This document shows positions 1 to 9,089 of a stretch of DNA of 64,000 nt, in pieces. Each line of letters opens with the position of its first letter. The first letter of the stretch is position 1. The stretch is taken from assembly GCA_910578325.1 (NCBI GenBank), contig CAJTQT010000002.1, forward strand, positions 235,074 to 299,073. Reading direction: 5' to 3'. The stretch comes from an uncultured Christensenella sp. (GTDB lineage: Bacteria; Bacillota; Clostridia; Christensenellales; CAG-917). The position numbers and the translations under genes are program-made. Under the pieces are notes generated by a model. The model was not told the DNA's origin and made no database searches. It was given only the letters and a program-made list of their open reading frames with translations.

Positions 1-1483
1 GACCGCGCCTAATTTTTGTATGCTGCTCAGAAAGTACCTTTCCAACGCCTATGTGGACAGCGCGGGCATATACAACTCCGACAGAATACTTTACGTAAAA
101 TTCAACGCTAAAACGGAAATGCGCGACGACGCGCAATTTTATCTGTTTGTAGAAATTATGAACAGATATTCGAACATCGTTTTCACAGACTCGAATCTCG
201 TGATTCTCGACGCCGTCAAACATCTACCCCTCGATTCCGCGCGCGACCACGTCGTTATGAGAGGAGTGCGTTATTCCCCTGTGGTTCAACGCAAAATCAG
301 TTATCTAAACAACTGTTTTCCCATTATTGACACCTTTAAAAGCGGAGATTTGCGAAAGCACATACAAGATAATATTTCAGGTTTTTCAGGCACTACTGTG
401 TCCGAACTGCTTTTGCGCGCGGGACTTCCCGAACAAATCGACGACTTCACTCCCGAAATGTCCGCATCCCTCAAAAATCAGATTGAAAAATTCCGCGCTA
501 TCGACGGCTTCTCGCCTTGCATAATAGGCACAGAGGCATACCCTATGCAATACAGATGCCTTTGCGGCGTCAAAGACGTCAAACACTTCGACACGATGAG
601 CGAGGCATACGATTCTCTTAATACAGAAATAGACGCAGGAGTACGCAACCGCGCAAGACTTAAATCCATATCGGCACAGGCAAAACGCCTGCACTCCCGC
701 GTGGAAAAGAATATCGCTATGGATTTGGAGCACCTCAAAGAGTGCGAAAATATGGATACCTTCCGAATATACGGAGAGTTGATTGTAAACAACATCTACA
801 AAATCAAGCGAGGCGACAGCGTTCTGAAATGCCTTGACTATTACGAAAATAAAGAGGTCGAGATTAAATTAGACCCGCAGTTGTCTCCGTCCAAAAATTC
901 CGCGGCATACTACAACAAGTACAACAAACTCAAACGGACAAAAGAGTTTGTCGAAAAGAAACTTGCAAGCGATAGAAATCTTCTCGGTTACGTCTGTTCC
1001 ATTGAAGAGGAAATTGCAAATCTTCCCTTCGATTCGAGCACCGTTCCGATTGAAGAAGAACTTGCCGCGCTCGGCGGAGTCAAACGCAAATCGTCAAAAG
1101 GAAAAGTACGCAAAGAGCAGTCCGAACCGCCCTATATCTATCTTGTAGACGGCTTTTATATTTACAGAGGTAAAAACAATCTGCAAAATGAGGAACTTAC
1201 CTTTAAACTGGCGTCTTCCTGCGACCTGTGGCTGCATCTTAAAAACGACCACGGCGCGCATACCGTTATAATTACGGAAGGACGCGAAGTACCCGACAAA
1301 GTTCTAAAAATAGCAAGCGAAATCACCGCAAGCACTAAGCAGGCTTCCGCAGACGTAGATCATACGCTCCGCAGAAACGTAAAGCGTCAGCCTAACGGAC
1401 ATTTAGGGCAAGTCATTTACGACAATTTCAAAACCGTTCTTGCCGTCCCCGACGCACATACCGAATATCTCATAAAACATTGA
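1..1483 (+). CDS. rqcH: RqcH/Rqc2 (NFACT family, FbpA-like) ribosome quality-control protein, 5' end cut by the window edge
   Basis: The frame is open from base 2, so the track ORF 20..1483 is only its ATG-anchored part. Motifs seen: 'PNFCMLLRKYL', 'EIMNRYSNIVFTD', and the C-terminal 'DLWLHLKNDHGAHTVIITEG' NFACT-R/DUF814 motif. Confidence 0.8.
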   Translation, partial: TAPNFCMLLRKYLSNAYVDSAGIYNSDRILYVKFNAKTEMRDDAQFYLFVEIMNRYSNIVFTDSNLVILDAVKHLPLDSARDHVVMRGVRYSPVVQRKISYLNNCFPIIDTFKSGDLRKHIQDNISGFSGTTVSELLLRAGLPEQIDDFTPEMSASLKNQIEKFRAIDGFSPCIIGTEAYPMQYRCLCGVKDVKHFDTMSEAYDSLNTEIDAGVRNRARLKSISAQAKRLHSRVEKNIAMDLEHLKECENMDTFRIYGELIVNNIYKIKRGDSVLKCLDYYENKEVEIKLDPQLSPSKNSAAYYNKYNKLKRTKEFVEKKLASDRNLLGYVCSIEEEIANLPFDSSTVPIEEELAALGGVKRKSSKGKVRKEQSEPPYIYLVDGFYIYRGKNNLQNEELTFKLASSCDLWLHLKNDHGAHTVIITEGREVPDKVLKIASEITASTKQASADVDHTLRRNVKRQPNGHLGQVIYDNFKTVLAVPDAHTEYLIKH

Positions 1484-1497
1484 GTCATTTCAAAGAT

Positions 1498-1528
1498 AAA
1501 AAACGCAGAATATAAGTTCTGCGTTTTT
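1498..1528. terminator. Bidirectional rho-independent terminator between convergent rqcH and rluD
   Basis: AAAAACGCAGAA-tataag-TTCTGCGTTTTT: a perfect stem flanked by an A-run and a T-run. Confidence 0.75.
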
Positions 1529-1557
1529 CAATTTCAGACTATTTCAAAATCTTTATT

Positions 1558-2451
1558 TTATTTTTTTAGTTTTTCCACCGCTGTTCGGAAATAATCGGGA
1601 AGCGGACAGTTGAAACTCATAAGGTCGCCTGTATGCGGATGAGTTAAAACCAGTTGCGTGGCGTGCAAAAGTTGTCCTTTGCCGTACAGCACGGTTGAAC
1701 CGCCGTAGACTTCGTCGCCGACTATCGGATGATGTAAACTTGCTGCGTGCACTCTTATCTGATGCGTCCGTCCGGTCTCCAACTCAAAGCGTACTAAAGT
1801 ATACTTCCCGAACCTTTCAATCACTTCATAGTGCGTGACAGCCCGTCTGCCGTTTTCATCGACAGCCATCTTTTTTCTGTCTTTTTTACTTCTCGCAATA
1901 GGCGCGTCGACAGTGCCTTTATCCTCTTTGAAATTTCCGTCGCAAAGCCCGATATATATTCGCCTTGCCGTCTTTTTCTCTATCTGCGCGGCAAGGCTTT
2001 TGTGCGCCTCGTCGTTTTTGGCAACCGCAATAAGTCCCGAAGTATCCTTGTCCAGTCTGTGTACAATCCCCGGTCTTATCACTCCGTTTATGGAACTCAG
2101 ACTGTCGAGATTATACATAAGCGCATTTACGAGAGTATCGTTCTTTCTATATGACGACGCCTGATGAACAACCATCCCCTGCGGCTTGTTTATTATCGCA
2201 AACCATTCGTCCTGATACACGATATCAAGAGGAATGTTTTCCGCCTTTACTTCAAGCGTTTGCGGCTCGGGCGGACAGAATTCCACAACGTCGCCCGTTC
2301 TCAACTCGAATCCGCTTTTATACCGTAAAATACCGTTGACCGAAACTCCTGTCTTTTCAATACAGGTTTTTGCGTTTGAACGCGATATCGCAAACTTATC
2401 TGCGATGAACACGTCCACCCGGATTCTGTCGGTATCAACGGTATGAATCAT
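1558..2451 (-). CDS. rluD: RluA-family 23S rRNA pseudouridine synthase (RluD-like)
   Basis: N-terminal S4-like region plus the 'HRLDKDTSGLIAVAKN' catalytic motif. It lies directly downstream of lspA, as in Bacillus. Confidence 0.9.
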   Translation of the reverse strand: MIHTVDTDRIRVDVFIADKFAISRSNAKTCIEKTGVSVNGILRYKSGFELRTGDVVEFCPPEPQTLEVKAENIPLDIVYQDEWFAIINKPQGMVVHQASSYRKNDTLVNALMYNLDSLSSINGVIRPGIVHRLDKDTSGLIAVAKNDEAHKSLAAQIEKKTARRIYIGLCDGNFKEDKGTVDAPIARSKKDRKKMAVDENGRRAVTHYEVIERFGKYTLVRFELETGRTHQIRVHAASLHHPIVGDEVYGGSTVLYGKGQLLHATQLVLTHPHTGDLMSFNCPLPDYFRTAVEKLKK

Positions 2452-2466
2452 ACGTATAAATGCCTG

Positions 2467-3243
2467 TCAATTCTCCGATTCTTTATTATCGGGCGCGGCG
2501 ACATACGTGTCGCCGAGTACGTTTTTCAAGTCATCGCCATAGCCGTCGTTAAGCACGTCGCGGCTTTCGCGGGATATGCTATCTTCACTCTCGACGAATG
2601 TAAAACTGTTTTCCGATTTCATCATAGGATTCAGATTCAAAGGCGCTTCAAGCGGGTCTTCGTGCATTTCCTGCGGCTTGCCCGCCTGTTCCTTTTCAAA
2701 CTCCTTTCTGTTTTTATTTCCCTCTTTTACAAGCATAACAATAAGAACGATTACCAGCATAAACACGCCGACCGTCACAAACGTATCCGCGACGTTGAAA
2801 ACCGCAAAATCCTTCCAGAATGCAAACTGAATGAAATCACGGACATATCCGAGACCTATTCTGTCCACAAGATTTCCGATTCCGCCCCCGACTATGAACA
2901 GCAGAGATACGCGAAGCCATTGATTTTCCTTTTGCGCAAGCACGAGATAAATCAGGACGCCGACAATCACTATTGTCGTTATCACGGTAAGCGCGACGGT
3001 ATTTCCCGAGAACAGCCCGAATCCCGCGCCCCTGTTTTCGACGTAGGTCAGATGTATGAAATTTTTCATAAGCGGATAAGAATGTCCGCTCTGGGTAAAC
3101 AGAAATTCGACGGCGTACTTTTTAGTAAGCAGGTCGATAAGCAGAATAACCCCTATGACGCCGAGTTCGATAAGCATAATCCACCAGCGTTTCTTTATAA
3201 CTTCGACAACCTGCTCTTTTGTAATCTTGAATTTTTTGGACAT
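2467..3243 (-). CDS. lspA: Lipoprotein signal peptidase II with a long acidic C-terminal extension
   Basis: Motifs 'VENRGAGFGLF', 'GGGIGNLVDRIGLGYVRDFI' and 'FNVADTFVTVG'. At 258 aa it is longer than the roughly 160 aa typical of LspA. Confidence 0.9.
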   Translation of the reverse strand: MSKKFKITKEQVVEVIKKRWWIMLIELGVIGVILLIDLLTKKYAVEFLFTQSGHSYPLMKNFIHLTYVENRGAGFGLFSGNTVALTVITTIVIVGVLIYLVLAQKENQWLRVSLLFIVGGGIGNLVDRIGLGYVRDFIQFAFWKDFAVFNVADTFVTVGVFMLVIVLIVMLVKEGNKNRKEFEKEQAGKPQEMHEDPLEAPLNLNPMMKSENSFTFVESEDSISRESRDVLNDGYGDDLKNVLGDTYVAAPDNKESEN

Positions 3244-3252
3244 ATAACCCTC

Positions 3253-3654
3253 TTATCTTCTGAACTGCGGCGGTATAGTTATAGAAACTCCCGCGGGCGC
3301 AAACAAAAAGATATTGCTCGTAATTTGCTGTATGCTTCCGCCGAGAGCATAAATCGCGCCGCTCATAAAATCGAGTATACGATAAACGGACGTCTGGTTT
3401 ACGGTGGAAAAATCCACAATAACCTGCTCATGCATTTTTAGATGGTCTATGAGCAATTGCACGTCCTCATAAGTCGTAGGAGAATTTATAACCACTCCGC
3501 TCGAACCGCCCGCGCTTGCCGCATAAGACTGCGGAGACGGCGGCTGGGGAGCCTGCGCCCTACGTCCTTCGCGCGACAGCAGTCTGCTCATACGGCTTCC
3601 GCTATCTCTTCGCGTATCTATTTCAGCATCCGCTCTGTAATATCTTTCGTCCAT
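3253..3654 (-). CDS. sepF: Cell division protein SepF
   Basis: The C-terminal core 'YEDVQLLIDHLKMHEQVIVDF...RILDFMSGAIYALGGSIQQI' matches SepF/DUF552. Adjacent to yggS, as in the ylm cluster. Confidence 0.85.
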   Translation of the reverse strand: MDERYYRADAEIDTRRDSGSRMSRLLSREGRRAQAPQPPSPQSYAASAGGSSGVVINSPTTYEDVQLLIDHLKMHEQVIVDFSTVNQTSVYRILDFMSGAIYALGGSIQQITSNIFLFAPAGVSITIPPQFRR

Positions 3655-3698
3655 AACCTACCTTCTACTCAATATTATTTGTTATCTATGTTTAAACC

Positions 3699-4385
3699 TT
3701 ATTTTTGCGTGCGGCGATATTCTGACATAGGTCTTTCGCCGAACAAAAGCCGTCCGAGCCGGAGCATATTCGCACCGTGCGCCAACGCGATCTTATAATC
3801 GCCCGACATACCCGCCGACAAATACTCTATATCTGAATTTCGGGTTTTTATATTCCTTACTCTCTCAAACAGACTTTCCAACCTCGCGTATTCCCCATGC
3901 AACTCTTCTGCATCCGGCAAATTCGGCATTACGGACATAATGCCCTTGACTTCTATATGCGGATAGTTTTCAAGACTATCGATAAAATCGCATACCTTTT
4001 CGGGACTAACACCGCCTTTCGTAATTTCCGCGCCCATATTGACTTCAACAAGGCACTGCTGAACTTTATTGCGTTTTGCGGCTTGTTTTTCTATTTCGCA
4101 AGCGAGTTCGTGTCTGTCCAGCGAATGTATGAGCGAGACTTTATCAATAATGTATTTCACCTTATTCGTCTGTAACCGTCCGATAAAATGCCAGTCGTAA
4201 CGGGAATCGTATTTGGATGTCAGTTCCTGAACACGGTTCTCGCCCAGGACAAATTCGGGCGCGTACACCATAAACTCGTCAACAGTCTGTTTGGTCTGAG
4301 TTTTACAGGCGGCAACGAGTACGACTTTGCGTCCGCACTCCGAAACGTCTTTCCTTACAGATTCCAAACCGTCAAACAATATCAT
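3699..4385 (-). CDS. yggS: YggS/PLPBP family pyridoxal-phosphate homeostasis protein
   Basis: 'WHFIGRLQTNKVKYI' signature, 228 aa, located next to sepF. Confidence 0.9.
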   Translation of the reverse strand: MILFDGLESVRKDVSECGRKVVLVAACKTQTKQTVDEFMVYAPEFVLGENRVQELTSKYDSRYDWHFIGRLQTNKVKYIIDKVSLIHSLDRHELACEIEKQAAKRNKVQQCLVEVNMGAEITKGGVSPEKVCDFIDSLENYPHIEVKGIMSVMPNLPDAEELHGEYARLESLFERVRNIKTRNSDIEYLSAGMSGDYKIALAHGANMLRLGRLLFGERPMSEYRRTQK

Positions 4386-4406
4386 ACTTCCGCCTACCGT
4401 CCGCGA

Positions 4407-6092
4407 TTATTTTATAACGTAATCGCCTGATAACGTATTGAATACAAGTCTGCGAGGCACGCCGTCCTCAACGTAACAAATTCTTATCTTATCCTGTCCG
4501 ACGTACTCCGCGGAAGTTACCTTGCCCTCGAAAGGAGCGTAACTCTCGGTGAGTATCGCCAGTTGTCTGTCGTCGTATTCCGCAACGTTATCGCTTACAA
4601 ACAGCACCGAACCGAACATATTATTGACCTTTGCAAGCAGTTTTTTCTGCGTATCGCTGTATTTAGCGGTTTTATAACCTCCGTTGCGAAGGAAGAAAAC
4701 GTCCGGATCGTTCGCCATAATTCTGCCGTTGAGATGACGGCGGAATATAGCGTTGTTCATAGCGTTGCGGGTTGAGATAACTTCCTGATTTGTCAGTCCT
4801 ACATAAAATTTGTCCTTGAAACTCGTTTCCGCGTCGCAACCTATGCGGCAGGCGTCAACAACCCCGAATGCGGGACCGAGAGGAACTCCGCATCCGAGAA
4901 TGATTTTATCTTTACAGCATTCGCGCAAAAAGTCCATAGCCTCGCACATTATCCTGCCTCGGGATTTCCCGTTTCTGGGATAGATAGCCTCGCAGTACAG
5001 GAAGTCGAGTTTTACCATATCGAATCCCCATTCGTCGAAAATTCTGTCAAACAGTTCTCTTATATACTGACGGACCTCTTCGTTTTCAAAATCGAGCGAG
5101 TAAAAACCGCCCCAGGCAATGCCTCCGATGACCAGTTTACCCTTATCGTCCCTGAGAAGCCAGTCGGGATGCTTTTTGACGATTTCCGCGCCGAACTGCG
5201 CAGAAAACGGGGCGCACCAAAGACCTGCTTTAAGCCCTTGCGCGTGTATCTTCTCCACAATAGGCAGCAATCCAGACGGGAATTTTTCGGAATCGATTTC
5301 CCAATCTCCGATTTTGGTTTCATATCCGTCGTCTATCTGAAATATATTTGCGCAATCGCCCGCTCTTTTCAAACCTTCGAGGTCGCGCAAAATAATCTCT
5401 TCGTTTATATTTTGATAATAATTATACCACGAAGTATATCCTGCAAAATGCTTTACTCTTCCCGTATGTTTACGCGGATAGGCTTCGAAATATACGTCGA
5501 ACACTTCTTCGTAACCGCCGTGAGCGTACATTATATCGAACAACTCATATTCGCCTTCGGCAACCGTTCCCTCGACGTCCTTTGCCGCCACAAGCAGATT
5601 TTCCGCCATATCGGCGTAAAAAACCGTATATCCCGTACGCTCGTTCAACGAGCCGAGCAACTCGACCTTATCGCCGTTTCGAAGATATGTATACGTAAAA
5701 CTGTGATACAGATTTTTGCCGTACTGGGTAAAATGATAATCTCCGCACGCGCCTGCAAACTTTTTTGCGACAGGCAGTTTGCAAATGGGATTCAAACCGC
5801 TCTGAACGTCACCTCGCTTATACTCCCTCGAAGTAGTCCAGGACTGGAATCCGTTTGCAAAAAACCATTCGTTCGTCTCAAAATAACGGTCGTATATAAG
5901 TTCCGCAACTTCGAGGCGCACTTTTTTGACAGAGTTGAGCACTACGCGAAGTCTGTCGCCTTCGCACTCGGCTTTTATAGATACGACACCGTCGTCATAT
6001 CCCTTTTCAATCTCCGTACAGTCTATCGACCGAGTACAGGGCTTTGCGTCCGCCGAATACGTAAGTCTGAGCGTAAAGTCCTTTAAATTCAT
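4407..6092 (-). CDS. Glycoside hydrolase, GH36/melibiase-like alpha-galactosidase
   Basis: 'FQIDDGYETKIGDW' and 'FDMVKLDFLY' (KxD nucleophile-type motif). No signal peptide is visible. Confidence 0.6.
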   Translation of the reverse strand: MNLKDFTLRLTYSADAKPCTRSIDCTEIEKGYDDGVVSIKAECEGDRLRVVLNSVKKVRLEVAELIYDRYFETNEWFFANGFQSWTTSREYKRGDVQSGLNPICKLPVAKKFAGACGDYHFTQYGKNLYHSFTYTYLRNGDKVELLGSLNERTGYTVFYADMAENLLVAAKDVEGTVAEGEYELFDIMYAHGGYEEVFDVYFEAYPRKHTGRVKHFAGYTSWYNYYQNINEEIILRDLEGLKRAGDCANIFQIDDGYETKIGDWEIDSEKFPSGLLPIVEKIHAQGLKAGLWCAPFSAQFGAEIVKKHPDWLLRDDKGKLVIGGIAWGGFYSLDFENEEVRQYIRELFDRIFDEWGFDMVKLDFLYCEAIYPRNGKSRGRIMCEAMDFLRECCKDKIILGCGVPLGPAFGVVDACRIGCDAETSFKDKFYVGLTNQEVISTRNAMNNAIFRRHLNGRIMANDPDVFFLRNGGYKTAKYSDTQKKLLAKVNNMFGSVLFVSDNVAEYDDRQLAILTESYAPFEGKVTSAEYVGQDKIRICYVEDGVPRRLVFNTLSGDYVIK

Positions 6093-6332
6093 AACTGTCC
6101 CCCTAACCGCATAGACGGTCTGTTGATTTATAAGATATTTAATTATATAACATTATTTAGAAAAAGTAAATAGTTATTGTTGAAAGTGAAAGTCCTGATA
6201 CCATTTATCAAAAATCCTTTTCACCGCAGCATTCCGTATAAAATCAAAAGTCCGCTCTTTCGAAACGGGCAAACAAGCAAATACAAACGCTAGCAGAAGC
6301 AGTTTTTGCTTCCGCCGACTGCATTTTCATTT

Positions 6333-6357
6333 CGCGTCCGCGGCTGTCGCGGACGCG
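6333..6357. other. Perfect 10-bp GC-rich stem-loop just downstream of the OB-fold gene stop
   Basis: CGCGTCCGCG-gctgt-CGCGGACGCG. There is no U-tract on either strand, so a terminator role is uncertain. Confidence 0.3.
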
Positions 6358-6372
6358 GGTACAGACACTGAA

Positions 6373-6990
6373 TCAGTCTTGCGGCAAATCGAGTTTTGAA
6401 ATAGAAACCTCGTACGCGGTGCGTTCCTCCGTTTCCCCGTCTTCAAGTTGTTTCTGATAAGTTCTCGACTGTATGCGTCCGACGATATGTACTCTGTCGC
6501 CTATCGAAAAGCCTTTAGCATATCTTGCGTTTCTGCCCCAAGCGATTGCGGGAATATAGTCCGACTTATTGTATGCGCGGTTAACTGCGATAAGCATATC
6601 GGATATTTCACGGTTGAAAGGCGTTGTACGGTATATCGGCTGCTTGCAAACGAATCCGTCGATTTCAATCGTATTAGGCTCGTCTTCGTCCGGCTCCACA
6701 AGTTCTCTGACAAATACGCGTAAAACGAGTTTGCTTCTTCCCTCTACGAGTTTGTTATAACTTCTGAACTGTCCGATGAGTCCTATCAGCGTACCGATTT
6801 CGAAATTTTCGTCTTCCATAAGTCTTTCGGAAATAGTGAGCGGAATAATGTCCTCCTGCCCCGAAAGACGCTTAACCGAAATACTCAGATCGTAAAATCC
6901 TTCTCCCATTATCTCGTGTGAAAATTCGGGAGTACTTGCGATTTTGCCGGTGAGGCAAACTTTGTTGTTCTGCATCTGCTCGTAACTCAT
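6373..6990 (-). CDS. SSB-like protein with two tandem OB-fold-like halves and no acidic SSB tail
   Basis: Two halves resemble SSB OB folds ('VCLTGKIASTPEFSHE..' and 'IDGFVCKQPIYRTTP...IPAIAWGRNARYA..GDRVHIVGRIQSR'). The C-terminal D-D-D-I-P-F type tip is absent. Confidence 0.45.
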   Translation of the reverse strand: MSYEQMQNNKVCLTGKIASTPEFSHEIMGEGFYDLSISVKRLSGQEDIIPLTISERLMEDENFEIGTLIGLIGQFRSYNKLVEGRSKLVLRVFVRELVEPDEDEPNTIEIDGFVCKQPIYRTTPFNREISDMLIAVNRAYNKSDYIPAIAWGRNARYAKGFSIGDRVHIVGRIQSRTYQKQLEDGETEERTAYEVSISKLDLPQD

Positions 6991-7064
6991 AAATCCTCCG
7001 TTACGTTGCGGAAATCCGCAGGCTTTTGTTTTATTTTTCTAATTTCCGACATATTCGACACAAG

Positions 7065-7835
7065 TCAGGAAGCCTTATGCTGTATGCCGTTATTATCGAT
7101 TGTATATCCGCTTGTTGCAACCAGTTCGCTCAGCGTAACAAACTTAAATCCCGCCGATTTCAAGGCGCCGAGCACAAGCGGAAGTGCGTCAAGCACGTGG
7201 TCGCTGTTGTTGTGGAAAAGCACTATATCGCCGCTTTTCGCTTTCGGTACGACTCTGTCGTAGATTTGCTTTGCCGACAGTCCTTTCCAGTCAAGGCTGT
7301 CTATCGACCACTGTACCCCTACCATATCAAGTTCTTCCACCGCGGTCATAAGCCTGTCGCTGTAATCGCCGAACGGGGCACGGAAGTATTTGGGCGTTAT
7401 ACCCGTCAGTTCTTTAACTCTGTCGTTTACGTATTCTATCTCTGCGCGTATTTCGCTATCGCTGAGTTTGGGCATATTGAGATGATTTCTCGAATGGTTG
7501 CCTATATCGAACCCCGCTTTAGCAATCGCTTTTGTCTCTTCCTCGAATTTATCGAGCCAGAATCCGACAAGGAAGAACGTACCTTTGGCGTCGTACTTGT
7601 TCATCGTGTCGATTATACCCTGCGTTTTATCCGCGCCCCACGCGGCGTCGAACGTAAGAGCAATCACCTTTTCCTCTCCCGTCGTATCCACGCCGTAGAC
7701 GGGGATTTTTCTGGAACTCTTTCCGAAAAACACCGCGGCTGTCGACGTTACGCCGAGCGTGCAAGCGAGAATTATACCCGCGATTGCAACCGAAATTGCT
7801 GTGACCAAATTCTTTTTACCGATTGTTATAAACAC
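7065..7835 (-). CDS. Polysaccharide deacetylase (NodB domain), PdaB-like
   Basis: 'LTFDAAWGADKT', 'GNHSRNHLNM', 'YFRAPFGDY', and an N-terminal membrane anchor. Confidence 0.8.
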   Translation of the reverse strand: MFITIGKKNLVTAISVAIAGIILACTLGVTSTAAVFFGKSSRKIPVYGVDTTGEEKVIALTFDAAWGADKTQGIIDTMNKYDAKGTFFLVGFWLDKFEEETKAIAKAGFDIGNHSRNHLNMPKLSDSEIRAEIEYVNDRVKELTGITPKYFRAPFGDYSDRLMTAVEELDMVGVQWSIDSLDWKGLSAKQIYDRVVPKAKSGDIVLFHNNSDHVLDALPLVLGALKSAGFKFVTLSELVATSGYTIDNNGIQHKAS

Positions 7836-8005
7836 AAGTTCACCTCAATTATATACTATTTTTTTTAATTTTTCTACCACTAATTATGTCGATTAGTGTC
7901 GAAAATAGTCTTATTTATATAAATTTATTTTCACACTTAGCCATTTAGAACAAAAATTCCGCTATTCCGTTGACTTTATCGCACGCGAGGAACATAATAC
8001 TTTTT

Positions 8006-8914
8006 ATGAAACATATAAACACAGAGAAAAACAGTTTCGTAAAAAGATTTCTGATCAACGTGCCTTTCGTGCTGATGGCAGTCCTTATGGCGGCGTTATT
8101 CGGCGGAAGCGCGCTGTTGATTTTTTACTCGATCGTTACGGCTGTGGCATTCAACTCCGCAATGATATATCTTATCGTCGCAGGCGCGGCGGCAATACTT
8201 CTCGGCGCGGGACTCGGTCTGATTATTCTCTTTAAAAAATACTATGCTTTTTACAACAAAAAAATGGGCTGGAATTCCGAGAACAAGGACAAAAATAAAG
8301 AAACCAAACAAAAAACCGTAACCTACGAGGATAAAAGCGCGGTCACGTTTATAAAAAAACATCTTACTCTGTCCAACGTATCAATAGCCATCCTCGCGCT
8401 CGGTTCGGTATTTGCGATTATTTCAGCCGCTCTCGGCTCGATTGACAGAGCAAACTGGGTAAACGAAGTCGGCGGTTACAGACAGAACAAAGGTTATTAC
8501 GCAGACGTCCGCTATGAAATCGTATCCTCGTTCTCTACTTCCGACGACCTCTTTATCGACATAAACGGCAACACCTCTATACTCAAAGCAGTGGATACAA
8601 TAAACATTGTTCTGCCCGAAGACGGTTCGAGAAACAAAGAAATCGTTGTGGTTTATACAAAAGATCCTGCCCGCGAAAACGTAATAAGCATAGAGGGATA
8701 CAGAAAGTTCGACGGAGATTTCAACTGCTCCCGCAAAGGCAACGTAGCGACGGTGGATATAGGCACCGCTCCGCCCATCGGAGATACACTGGACAAACTT
8801 CTCTTCTTTGTCTTTAACGATTATCACGTGGAAAAACAAATACTCATCTACGTTCCCGACTATTATCGCGATAAACTGGAAATCAGCAAAGTCGACAAAA
8901 TTGTTGAAGAATAA
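8006..8914 (+). CDS. Hypothetical membrane protein
   Basis: The track ORF 7970..8914 starts at TTG; the ATG at 8006 (MKHINTEK) is the more likely start. It has several hydrophobic helices followed by a soluble C-terminal domain of unknown family. Confidence 0.5.
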   Translation: MKHINTEKNSFVKRFLINVPFVLMAVLMAALFGGSALLIFYSIVTAVAFNSAMIYLIVAGAAAILLGAGLGLIILFKKYYAFYNKKMGWNSENKDKNKETKQKTVTYEDKSAVTFIKKHLTLSNVSIAILALGSVFAIISAALGSIDRANWVNEVGGYRQNKGYYADVRYEIVSSFSTSDDLFIDINGNTSILKAVDTINIVLPEDGSRNKEIVVVYTKDPARENVISIEGYRKFDGDFNCSRKGNVATVDIGTAPPIGDTLDKLLFFVFNDYHVEKQILIYVPDYYRDKLEISKVDKIVEE

Positions 8915-8935
8915 GATAAAATCCAAAACAAATTT

Positions 8936-8969
8936 AAAAAAATACGCGCTTACAAACGCGTATTTTTTT
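8936..8969. terminator. Bidirectional terminator between the convergent membrane-protein gene and icd
   Basis: AAAAAAATACGCG-loop-CGCGTATTTTTTT. Confidence 0.7.
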
Positions 8970-9089
8970 AATCAAGTCTTGTTTATATTTCCGAACCGAC
9001 GCCGACTTCCGAATCGCAACAAAGCCGCTCAATATAACAAGGGTACAACTGAAAGACCGAATTGAAAACGGCGATGCAAAATACTACGG

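Noticed and set aside
2443-3441. Long antisense ORFs in the track (for example 2443..3441+, 5169..6086+, 7026..7868+, 28474..29439+, 32271..33128+, 34681..35706+, 45174..46052+, 46589..47800+, 47855..48571+, 60100..60765+)
   Set aside because: Each lies fully inside a confidently identified gene on the opposite strand (lspA/sepF, GH36, deacetylase, glyA, hslU, trmFO/topA, peptidase A, EF-G, surface protein). None shows a recognisable motif. They are typical shadow ORFs.
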